Shown piece after piece: positions 51,844-60,208 of a stretch of 64,000 bases of DNA (its first letter is position 1; every line of letters starts with the position of its first letter). A model generated the notes under the pieces. It had not been told where the DNA came from, did not search any database, and saw only the letters and a program-made list of their open reading frames with translations. The translations under genes were made by a program, and so were the position numbers. The DNA is from an uncultured virus (IMG/VR IMGVR_UViG_3300035698_019702) (taxonomy: Duplodnaviria > Heunggongvirae > Uroviricota > Caudoviricetes), in IMG/VR virus record IMGVR_UViG_3300035698_019702; one strand, written 5' to 3'.

Positions 51844-52827
51844 ATGTATATTAAGAAAAAGACTTATGAGATCGGATTGGGTGATTCTGCTGAACTCATC
51901 CTTCAACACCTGGAAGAGAATTCAATTCATGCGGTTATCACTGACCCCCCCTATGGTATTCATGCACTAGGGGCGGATTGGGATAGAGTATTGCCTCTAC
52001 CAGAAATCTGGCAGGCTTGTTTTAAGGCACTGAAGCCGGGTGGTTTTTTACTAGCATTTGGGCATCCACGGTTGTATCACCGGCTTGGTATGCAATTGGA
52101 AGATGTTGGTTTTGAAATTAAAGATTGCTTATGTTGGGGGTTTGCTACAGGTTTTCCTCGTGCTTTAGATATCAGTAGATGTGTTGATAGAAGTGAGGAT
52201 GCTCAAACTTGGGAAGGCTGGAAGACTGGGTTGAAACCTAGTTGGGAATCAATCATTATGGCTCAAAAACCATTAGAGGGAACTTATGTTGAAAATATCT
52301 TGAAGTGGCATGTTGGGGCGCTTAATATAGACGCTTGCCGAATTCCCTATGAGTCTGAAGAGGACAAGAAGTCAATTGAGACGTTTCTTAATTTTGCAGG
52401 AAAAGAACATGGTGATGCCCAGTATTTCTCGGCGAATGAAGGGGGCAAAAAGCAGGTGAATGTACATCCAGGCGGCAGATGGCCAGCGAATTTAGTGTGG
52501 CTTGATCCTCTCATAGCTGATTATGATCGCTTTTTTATGGTACCAAAACCTAGTAAGCAGGAGAAACGCTCGTATAATACTCATGATACTGTGAAGCCGG
52601 TTAGGCTGATGGAGCGGTTGGTGAAGTTGGTTACTCCGAAGCCAGCTAATGTAGAAGAGACTGTTAATGTGCTTGATCCTTTTATGGGGTCGGCATCGAC
52701 AGGTAAAGCGTGTAAAAAACTGCGCCGTCGCTTTATCGGGTATGAGAATGACCCGAAATCTTTTGAAATTGCTCAAAAGAGGTTGAAGGAAACGACTTAC
52801 ATAGATATATTTGAGGGGAGAATCTGA
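51844..52827 (+). CDS. N4/N6 DNA methyltransferase (beta class)
   Basis: ITDPPY precedes HDTVKP and VLDPFMGSASTG. Confidence 0.92.
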   Translation: MYIKKKTYEIGLGDSAELILQHLEENSIHAVITDPPYGIHALGADWDRVLPLPEIWQACFKALKPGGFLLAFGHPRLYHRLGMQLEDVGFEIKDCLCWGFATGFPRALDISRCVDRSEDAQTWEGWKTGLKPSWESIIMAQKPLEGTYVENILKWHVGALNIDACRIPYESEEDKKSIETFLNFAGKEHGDAQYFSANEGGKKQVNVHPGGRWPANLVWLDPLIADYDRFFMVPKPSKQEKRSYNTHDTVKPVRLMERLVKLVTPKPANVEETVNVLDPFMGSASTGKACKKLRRRFIGYENDPKSFEIAQKRLKETTYIDIFEGRI

Positions 52828-53147
52828 TGACTGAATGGACAAAGATCAAAGAGCGTAAGTGGGAGTTGAAGCATAACGATGTTGTGTTGGCCACTATCTT
52901 CCAGAAGCCTAATCATCCTAAAGTAAAGCATGGCGATCAATTCTCTTTGTATGTTGCTTCGCCTAAGATTTATCAAACATATTCCGAAGTGTCACGTACT
53001 TACTTGTTTGACACATTTGATGAGGCAGTGGAAGCATTTGATAGACTAACTGAAGAGCAGGCATTGCCGTGGGCTGAAGCTTTATTAGATTATTTCGTCC
53101 AGAAGTTGGAGGATGAGGTAGTGGTTGACGATCCTAACCTTGTATAA
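52827..53147 (+). CDS. Hypothetical protein
   Basis: TGATG overlap with the upstream stop. Confidence 0.6.
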   Translation: MTEWTKIKERKWELKHNDVVLATIFQKPNHPKVKHGDQFSLYVASPKIYQTYSEVSRTYLFDTFDEAVEAFDRLTEEQALPWAEALLDYFVQKLEDEVVVDDPNLV

Positions 53148-53151
53148 TTGG

Positions 53152-53958
53152 ATGGATATGGATATTAACCAAGTAATCAAGAGAAATTTTACTGAGATAA
53201 CTCCAGAGTATGAACAGTTTGTAAAAGAAAAGGGTGCTTGCCGCCAGTGCTCAATTTATGATTGTTATAAGCGGGTAGTATATGGTGAAGGTAATGCAAA
53301 AAATCCCACTTTCATGTTCATTGGCGAATGTCCTGGCGCAGAGGAAGTTGAGCAGATGCGACCGTTTATTGGTCGAGCAGGACAGAGATTGCGTCAGGAG
53401 CTTCGTAAATATGTTAAAACGTTTGATCGTACAAACACCCTAATTAGCAACGTTTTGGCTTGTAGACCTCAAAATAACGTTTTTCCGAGGGATTCTGACG
53501 GTCCCTATATAATCCGTGAGGGGAAACGGCAGGGGAAAACTGTCAAAGCTCGTGAGATTATTAACTTCTGTGCAACCAATTGGTTGAGAAGAGAAATTGA
53601 GATTGTTCAACCTAAAGTCATTATTACTTTAGGGGCAAAATCGCTTGATTATGTGAGAGGTGATACAGGAGTTGGTGCTCATAGGGGTAGTTGGAAGTTT
53701 CTTGACAAGTATAGAGCTTGGTCTTTGGCGACTTATCACCCCTCATATGTGTTGAGGTGTCAGAATGATGATAACAAGTTCTACATTATCGAGGATTTTG
53801 CAAACGACATCAAGAAGGTGGCAACTACGTGGGTTGAGATAGTCCATGATGATCCTCGTATGTCGATGCCGGTTGAAGAATGGCGTCGAGAGAAAGCTTT
53901 GAACGTAGCCGCTGAAAAGTTTCAGCATGTGTTTGCAGGTTCGCAGGATGTAATATGA
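53152..53958 (+). CDS. Uracil-DNA glycosylase family 4 (Fe-S type)
   Basis: CRQC, VYGEG, FIGECPG, PFIGRAG, NVLACRP, YHPSY. Confidence 0.9.
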   Translation: MDMDINQVIKRNFTEITPEYEQFVKEKGACRQCSIYDCYKRVVYGEGNAKNPTFMFIGECPGAEEVEQMRPFIGRAGQRLRQELRKYVKTFDRTNTLISNVLACRPQNNVFPRDSDGPYIIREGKRQGKTVKAREIINFCATNWLRREIEIVQPKVIITLGAKSLDYVRGDTGVGAHRGSWKFLDKYRAWSLATYHPSYVLRCQNDDNKFYIIEDFANDIKKVATTWVEIVHDDPRMSMPVEEWRREKALNVAAEKFQHVFAGSQDVI

Positions 53959-54401
53959 TAGAGTTTTCTGATTTAACTTTACGAGAAGGGGGAGGCAACT
54001 ATCTCCAAGTTAAAGAAATTATGGAGAATGAAGGCCCACCGGTTTGGATGTTGAGTTCGGAAGCATCTGTGATTACTCCTGCGATTGCTAGTACTTTTAC
54101 TCTACGTTTTTGGAATGATGGGAAAGTCCATATTGCTGGGACGACTCATCCACCGACAATGGAAGCCCCGGATGAAGATTTGCGTTTTCTGAGGGAGTGG
54201 TGTGAATTAAATGGGTGGCAAATCCCGACTGTTAAACAAGATTTACTTGGCACACCTCTGGAGTTTGATTTCTGGTTGCGTATTTTTTACATTGGCCTCA
54301 TTAAAAGCGAAGTTTTGGAAAAACACGAATTGGCGAACATGAAAAGGATGAATGAGGCATACCAGATAGAGCTACAAGAGGAGGATAAAGATGTCTATTA
54401 G
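53955..54401 (+). CDS. Hypothetical protein
   Basis: Overlap-coupled ORF. Confidence 0.6.
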   Translation: MIEFSDLTLREGGGNYLQVKEIMENEGPPVWMLSSEASVITPAIASTFTLRFWNDGKVHIAGTTHPPTMEAPDEDLRFLREWCELNGWQIPTVKQDLLGTPLEFDFWLRIFYIGLIKSEVLEKHELANMKRMNEAYQIELQEEDKDVY

Positions 54402-55056
54402 AGAAAAATCTGTATTAAAGAAGGCTGTCTTGGAATATGAAAGCCCTGACGGCGATATCTGGGAAATCACGATTGCTGATTCAGGTGGTGATCGTGCATA
54501 TGTCCAATGCCAACAGGTGGGTATTAAACAGAAAAATGATGAGGATAAAGAGGAAGTAGTTCAAGTGGACAAGGAGATTTTCACCATCGACTGTGATATG
54601 CTTCTAGAAGTGGGAGATGCTTATCGCCAGATGACAGGCAAGAGCCCAGTCGCATTTTCGGGTGTGGATCGCCGATTCCTGCATAGCCCGCAGATTATAG
54701 ATCATCGAGGTTTAGAGCAGAGCAATGACATTCAACAGCAAGTGGACAAAACAATGGCAAATCACGATGATAACATTGAACCAGTGCAGTCATTCTCTCC
54801 TGTGCCTGGTACTGGGGCAGTAGTGCAAGATTTTACTCACTTTCGATCTGGTGTAGCCCCGGAATCAGCAGCTGAGGCACCTCCTGAGACTCCAGAAAGA
54901 TGGAAGATGGATCAGACCCAACAGGGTTTGTCAGAATGGCAAAAAGATGCTAAACTTAGACAAACAGTGTCTCGACCGATGGCTCCTGGCAGAGTAGGTG
55001 GCCACGATAGACCAAAGTTCAAACGTGATCTACCTGCTGCTGAGGATATTATCTGA
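54391..55056 (+). CDS. Hypothetical protein
   Basis: GAGGAGG SD; overlap-coupled. Confidence 0.65.
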   Translation: MSIREKSVLKKAVLEYESPDGDIWEITIADSGGDRAYVQCQQVGIKQKNDEDKEEVVQVDKEIFTIDCDMLLEVGDAYRQMTGKSPVAFSGVDRRFLHSPQIIDHRGLEQSNDIQQQVDKTMANHDDNIEPVQSFSPVPGTGAVVQDFTHFRSGVAPESAAEAPPETPERWKMDQTQQGLSEWQKDAKLRQTVSRPMAPGRVGGHDRPKFKRDLPAAEDII

Positions 55057-55316
55057 TGGATTATGAGTGTCATCTAGTGCCTGCTGATAGACTTATTGTC
55101 AACCCAATTGGGATTCAGGAACCTTTATGTAACGATTGCCGTTGTCCAGATTGTACCAATCCAATAAAAGACCAGATGGTGTCAGTTGTAGGAGTGAACA
55201 AAAAACTTCGACTTTGGGTAGTGAATAACCAAGTTCGTATAGTTGTTGCTTGTAAAGGTTACATAGGGGATCAAGATGTACAAGTGGGGCGTGATCCGAA
55301 GCCAGGCGAAGCGTGA
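55056..55316 (+). CDS. Hypothetical Cys-rich protein
   Basis: CNDCRCPDC. Confidence 0.55.
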   Translation: MDYECHLVPADRLIVNPIGIQEPLCNDCRCPDCTNPIKDQMVSVVGVNKKLRLWVVNNQVRIVVACKGYIGDQDVQVGRDPKPGEA

Positions 55317-56160
55317 ACATGATCGCATTCGTAAACAGATGATGCGTGAGCTTAAGCTTCAAGTAAATCGCATTATCAAGCATCCTGATACCATTCAGAA
55401 GTCGGTTGAAGACTGGCCTGATATACATCAGTTTATAGATAACACATTCCCAAATGCTGACATATCTAGCATCCCTATTTACGAGACTACTCCTGGTGTG
55501 ATGAAGAGGAATGGTTTCGATGAATGTGGCGGCTGTTATATAGATGAACTTCAACTTATCTTAGTTAAAGATCGTATCACTTCCCACAGCCCAGGCAAGG
55601 GTAAGTTTAGTCGGAAGATGAACGAAGCCGCTGCTTCCGAAATGGCAACGGAAGATGTTGTGGTACATGAGCTATTGCATGCTGTCTCTCATCGAGTTAG
55701 AGGCATGGGAAGTGCACGAATGAAATGGTATGAGTCTGTCGGTGGTGGGATTAAGTATCGGATGGCTGAAGAAGAGTTTGTGTATACTAATTGTATGCCC
55801 TATTATCGTTCCAAAGGTATGACGGATCAAGAAGTGATCGACTCAATTTTCTTGCCATTCTGCATAAGCGATGTGATGTCAGATCGATCGTATATGTTGA
55901 AGCTATTTGCATCTCTTGATGTTGAGATACCTGATCGTGATACATGTGGTCCGAAAGAGTTTCGGTCGAAGATCAGACGTATTATGAACTCCTGTGCTGA
56001 TGATATAGTACCTCTGGTGGTACAGGAGGCGAAAGATCGTGCTGCTAAGATGATTGATCTTTATCAGAAGTATGGTAAGTCAATACTGCACAGCAACACC
56101 AATCCCGTGGATGATCCTGGCCAGCGGGTTAACATGTTTGATCTAGATGATGACTTCTAA
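55276..56160 (+). CDS. Putative zincin-like metallopeptidase
   Basis: VVVHELLHAV (HExxH) with downstream EEEF. Confidence 0.6.
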   Translation: MYKWGVIRSQAKREHDRIRKQMMRELKLQVNRIIKHPDTIQKSVEDWPDIHQFIDNTFPNADISSIPIYETTPGVMKRNGFDECGGCYIDELQLILVKDRITSHSPGKGKFSRKMNEAAASEMATEDVVVHELLHAVSHRVRGMGSARMKWYESVGGGIKYRMAEEEFVYTNCMPYYRSKGMTDQEVIDSIFLPFCISDVMSDRSYMLKLFASLDVEIPDRDTCGPKEFRSKIRRIMNSCADDIVPLVVQEAKDRAAKMIDLYQKYGKSILHSNTNPVDDPGQRVNMFDLDDDF

Positions 56161-56168
56161 GGGATGAT

Positions 56169-56558
56169 ATGCCTACCTATGACTACGAGTGCGAGAGATG
56201 CGGTCTTATAGAAATTGTCCATTCGATTATGGATGATGCATGGGAAATTTGTCCAAATTGTGAAGGTAGTATTATTCGGTTGATTTCTTCTGGTGGTGCT
56301 GTTATAATGAAAAATCGAGAGGCCAACCAATACGATGATATCCGACAAGCCAAGTTTTGGCGGGATAAGAATGGGATTCGCCATAAAGTAACACCTGCTG
56401 ATGGGTATAGCAAAGCCCCCACCGTTTCTGAACAATCTGTTTCTCCAGAAGAAGCCCAATCTCGCAAAAGGGCAGCAAGAGAGCACAACAAGAAAAAACG
56501 TTCTAAGGACTCGTATCGTAAGTATGTACAAAACGTTATCAAGGCCAAATCTCAATGA
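56169..56558 (+). CDS. FmdB-family zinc-ribbon protein
   Basis: MPTYDYECERCG...CPNCEG...RLIS. Confidence 0.8.
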   Translation: MPTYDYECERCGLIEIVHSIMDDAWEICPNCEGSIIRLISSGGAVIMKNREANQYDDIRQAKFWRDKNGIRHKVTPADGYSKAPTVSEQSVSPEEAQSRKRAAREHNKKKRSKDSYRKYVQNVIKAKSQ

Positions 56559-56908
56559 ATTATACTTGCTACAAGAAAACTGTTTCTAAAGTTGTTGATC
56601 AAGAGATCACTGATCTAGAAGATATTAAGGCGATCCTGGCGGTGATTTGCAATCATGAACTGACTTGTTCTATGCAGATTAAAGACTTGCATGGTGTATT
56701 GCCATATAAAAAAGTTCGGGTCAGAAGTTTGGGTGATGAGACTTTCCGCTATGTTACGTTCACTTCTTCTTCGACCTTGAAGCGCGAAGCCAAGTTCGTG
56801 GATATTCTGAGTTTAGAGATGACAACTGTCGATCAGATATTAGCTGTTCTTAAGCCTAATATAAACCGTTGGAATCTGCTAGAAGCGGATGACATTGATG
56901 ATGACTAG
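56555..56908 (+). CDS. Hypothetical protein
   Basis: ATGA overlap; acidic C-terminus. Confidence 0.6.
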   Translation: MNYTCYKKTVSKVVDQEITDLEDIKAILAVICNHELTCSMQIKDLHGVLPYKKVRVRSLGDETFRYVTFTSSSTLKREAKFVDILSLEMTTVDQILAVLKPNINRWNLLEADDIDDD

Positions 56909-56932
56909 GTTTGACTCGATGGAGGCTAAAGT

Positions 56933-57379
56933 ATGTTTTTCCCTATTTTTCTGTCGGCACAGAATAAAAAACCAGAAACTAAAAATCTTTCTTTCATTGG
57001 AATGAGCCCTACCAGGGTGATCGAAGTATGTTCTAAAACTATTGATCACATTAAGGTGGTTCGTGAGAAGAAGAAGAAAGCATACATTGAAGCAGAGCAG
57101 ACGAAGTTGAATAATCGCCGATGGTTTAAGCGAGCTGTCCGGTGGTTCCCAGACCGATTCAAGCTTTATACCTACGAGTCCACCGTCGAGTATATCGAGA
57201 AGTGGATGAAGAAATCTGACTTACGATCCGTGCTTCGCATGTATTACACTGACTATTTCTCAACATATGGTGATGGTAGTATGGGAGTAGCGACAAAGTT
57301 ATTAGCATTGGCGAAAGAAGCAGATCGAGAAGGGGTTCAAGTCATGGTGACAGCAAAAGATTGGGACTGGATCAAGTAA
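56933..57379 (+). CDS. Hypothetical protein
   Basis: GGAGG SD. Confidence 0.6.
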   Translation: MFFPIFLSAQNKKPETKNLSFIGMSPTRVIEVCSKTIDHIKVVREKKKKAYIEAEQTKLNNRRWFKRAVRWFPDRFKLYTYESTVEYIEKWMKKSDLRSVLRMYYTDYFSTYGDGSMGVATKLLALAKEADREGVQVMVTAKDWDWIK

Positions 57380-57394
57380 GAAGAAGAGAATGAT

Positions 57395-57712
57395 ATGGGG
57401 GATCAAGAAACTGATCTAAAGAAAAGCAATAACAGGTTGACAGTGGTAGATAGTTGGCCAGTACGGCGATGTCATTACTGCAAGGATCAAGGTTTGCCGA
57501 ATGATTTGTTTATGCTTCTTGCCCAACAGAATCATAACGAAGAATTTGATTGGGAAAATCGTGTCGGATGTGTCATAGAAGTTAATAAACGACATCGTCT
57601 TCGAACAGGAATAGTGTATGAATCTCTTGGTGAATTTGAAATTCTCCGTAAGGAGAGTGACGAAATTTTACTCACTGTACTCGCTCGTGCAGTTGAAACG
57701 ACGATCAAGTAG
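57395..57712 (+). CDS. Hypothetical protein
   Basis: ORF in operon; CHYC motif. Confidence 0.55.
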   Translation: MGDQETDLKKSNNRLTVVDSWPVRRCHYCKDQGLPNDLFMLLAQQNHNEEFDWENRVGCVIEVNKRHRLRTGIVYESLGEFEILRKESDEILLTVLARAVETTIK

Positions 57713-57719
57713 ATAGCGA

Positions 57720-57802
57720 TCATAGATCAGGCATCTATGAGGCAACTTGTGCAAGAGTATAAACATCTGATCCCAAAGTGGGAGTCGGATTTCCCTGGTT
57801 GC
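57720..57802 (+). other. Structured leader upstream of dnaE
   Basis: TCATAGAT/ATCTATGA 8-bp stem, then GCAAC/GTTGC enclosing ATCTGATCCCA-AAG-TGGGA(G)TCGGAT. Confidence 0.4.
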
Positions 57803-57814
57803 AAGGATTGAATT

Positions 57815-59746
57815 ATGGCTGATTTTGTTCACATACATAACCATTCGCAATATTCAAAATTCGATGGCTTTTCTTCTATCAAGGGCATGGTAGCAAAAGC
57901 CAAAGAGATGAACATGCCCGCACTTGGATTGACAGATCATGGCACTATAGCGGGTGTTATTACTTTTCTTAAAGAGTGCCGTGCTCAAGGTATTAAACCA
58001 ATCCTTGGAGTTGAGGCTTATCTGTGTAGGGATCATCGTTGTCATTCTAAGGATGGTCAGCCGGATGGGCGACGAGGTAACCGACATATCAATGTGATTG
58101 CCAAAAATTTCAAGGGGTATCAAAATCTATGTGCTCTTGCTCAGAAATCGTCGTTGGAAGGTTACTACTATGATCCTCGGATTGATCTGGAACTCTTAGC
58201 ACAGCACAAGGATGGGTTGGTTGTTACTTCGGCATGTCTAAGCAATATTGTGAACTGGCATCTTGTTTGTGACAGGTATAAAGAAGCCAAAGAGGCTGCT
58301 GGGATATTCCAAGATATCTTTGGTGGTGATTATTATTTGGAAATGATGTTCCACGGCATAGACTCTGAGGCTAAGATTTTGCCGAGCATACAGAGGCTCA
58401 GCAGTGAACTTGGCATTAAGACTATCATTGCTAACGATTCTCATTACATCAACAAAGATGACGCTGAGTTTCACGAATATTTAATGTGCTTAAGTAGCAA
58501 AAGATCAATACGTGATCCCAAGCGGCTGAAATTTCCCTTTGATGAATTTTATCTGAAGTCTGAAGAAGAAATGTTGAAGCTCTTTAGACACTGCCGTCAA
58601 TCAATGTACAATACTCTGGAGATTGCAGACAAATGTGATTATTCGGAAATTGTTTTTGGTTCTATGCGATTGCCAGTATTTGAGTTGCCAGAAGGGTTTA
58701 CTGATCCACTGGTTTATTTAAGGAAATTAGCCTGGGAGGGTCTAAAAAAAGAGAGGTTGAATCAGTCGAAACCTCATGTAGATCGACTTACTAAAGAGAT
58801 AGATGATGTCACTCTGATACGAGATACCAAGCAGTTTGATTTTGCGACTTATTTCTTGATTGTCGAAGATATGATGCGGTTTGCTAGGGATCGGAAGATT
58901 GCCTCTGGTGTTCGTGGGTCTGGATATGGGTCATTATTGTTAAAGTGTTTAGGTATTACTGAAGGTGTTGATCCACTTGAACAAGACTTATTGTGGGAGC
59001 GTTTTATAAGTTCTGAGCGTATTAGTTTTCCAGACGTTGATATGGACTTTGACTATGCCCGGCGACATGAGATTATAGAATATCTACAACAGAAGTATGG
59101 CGATGACAGAGTTGGCAGTATTGGAACAGTTCTTACTCTGAAAACGAAGGCCGCAGTTCGTAAAACAGTAGAAGTACTTGACCCAGAGAACTCAATTGAC
59201 TACTCTGACTCCAAGCCAGACAGGAGCAGGAACTATGCTCTACAGAATGAGATTTTGAATACCTTGCCGAAGTCTCAATCTGCTTTCAGAAAACGGGACG
59301 GTTCACCCATCAAATGTATTGATGATGCCTGTGAGACTTTCTCTGACTTCGCTCGATATATGAAGCAATATCCTGAAGTACACAGAGTAGCTAAGAAGTT
59401 AGAAGGTTCAGTGTCAGCATATGGGTGTCTGGCGAAAGATACTCTAATAAAAACAGACCAAGGATGGGTTCGCATAGACCAGATTGATGATGCTTGCAAA
59501 GTGTTACATATCGACAAATCAGGTAAAGAACAGTATACGTCGGACTTTCATCCTCATTGTACTGGCGTTAAAAAGTGCTATAAAATGCGATTATCTAATG
59601 GGACTTGGATTAAGGTTACTGATGAACATCTAATATTTACAGATCAGGGTTGCGTAGAATTTGAGAAAATAAGAAAAAATCCTGAAAAATACAAGGTCTG
59701 TTCAGTAAAAAGAATACGCGTATCTAGCAGTGTTAAATACTATTGA
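57815..59746 (+). CDS. dnaE: DNA polymerase III alpha, N-terminal part (PHP + part of palm, 537 aa) fused to a split N-intein
   Basis: FVHIHNHSQYSKFDG, LTDHG, GVRGSG, FPDVDMDF; ends SAYG|CLAKDT... Confidence 0.93.
   Translation: MADFVHIHNHSQYSKFDGFSSIKGMVAKAKEMNMPALGLTDHGTIAGVITFLKECRAQGIKPILGVEAYLCRDHRCHSKDGQPDGRRGNRHINVIAKNFKGYQNLCALAQKSSLEGYYYDPRIDLELLAQHKDGLVVTSACLSNIVNWHLVCDRYKEAKEAAGIFQDIFGGDYYLEMMFHGIDSEAKILPSIQRLSSELGIKTIIANDSHYINKDDAEFHEYLMCLSSKRSIRDPKRLKFPFDEFYLKSEEEMLKLFRHCRQSMYNTLEIADKCDYSEIVFGSMRLPVFELPEGFTDPLVYLRKLAWEGLKKERLNQSKPHVDRLTKEIDDVTLIRDTKQFDFATYFLIVEDMMRFARDRKIASGVRGSGYGSLLLKCLGITEGVDPLEQDLLWERFISSERISFPDVDMDFDYARRHEIIEYLQQKYGDDRVGSIGTVLTLKTKAAVRKTVEVLDPENSIDYSDSKPDRSRNYALQNEILNTLPKSQSAFRKRDGSPIKCIDDACETFSDFARYMKQYPEVHRVAKKLEGSVSAYGCLAKDTLIKTDQGWVRIDQIDDACKVLHIDKSGKEQYTSDFHPHCTGVKKCYKMRLSNGTWIKVTDEHLIFTDQGCVEFEKIRKNPEKYKVCSVKRIRVSSSVKYY
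59426..59743 (+). mobile_element. Split intein, N-fragment (106 aa)
   Basis: CLAKDTLIKTDQG...KVTDEHLIFT (blocks A and B), then TGA. Confidence 0.9.
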
Positions 59747-59759
59747 GGGCTAATCAATC

Positions 59760-60077
59760 ATGGAAAAAGTAAGTATAGTTAACACAAATCTAAGAAATTC
59801 TTTTAATGAACACAGAAATAAATTATCGCAAACAGAGATGAGTCTCATTGAAGACTATCTTTCAAACCTAGATGAGTCTTTCCACCAATCGCCGCAAAAA
59901 CCAAATTCTCCCGAGTCTTCTTCGGATATCGCACGTGCTATTCTTAGTTTATGTGCCATAGATGGAAACAAGTCAAGATGGCACGTAGGAGACCACAAGC
60001 CTCAACTTAGTGCTGAGGCACGAAGTAAGATTGATTTAGCTCTCAGGAAAGTTGAAGAATTGCTTGGAGAGTTATAA
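59760..60077 (+). CDS. Hypothetical protein (105 aa) inserted between the split-intein halves
   Basis: GAGGG upstream; its TAA overlaps the ATG of the C-intein (TAATG). No nuclease motif. Confidence 0.7.
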   Translation: MEKVSIVNTNLRNSFNEHRNKLSQTEMSLIEDYLSNLDESFHQSPQKPNSPESSSDIARAILSLCAIDGNKSRWHVGDHKPQLSAEARSKIDLALRKVEELLGEL

Positions 60078-60208
60078 TGAAATGTTATACAATAGAATCT
60101 ATTGAAGAATGCGGTGAAGAAGAAGCATGGGACATCACCATGACAGGTGATGACTCATTTTATCAGAATGAGCCTAATTTCATTGCTCAAGACATACTCG
60201 TTCACAAT
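60077..60208 (+). mobile_element. Split intein, C-fragment (44 aa)
   Basis: MKCYTIESIEECGEEEAWDITM...NFIAQDILVHN|S. Confidence 0.9.

Noticed and set aside
53125..53148. TTGACG...TATAAT sigma70-like promoter before the UDG gene
   Set aside because: The spacer is only 12 nt. The -10 alone may be real but is not supportable.
59744..60076. Stop-codon read-through or an alternative genetic code joining the two dnaE halves (they share a frame)
   Set aside because: Further stops including TAA follow in that frame, all three stop codons end genes normally elsewhere, and the C-intein has its own SD and ATG.
59744..60076. Self-splicing intron in the dnaE gap
   Set aside because: No group I or II core motifs recognised and the gap is almost fully occupied by an ORF. 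Only RT-PCR would exclude it formally.
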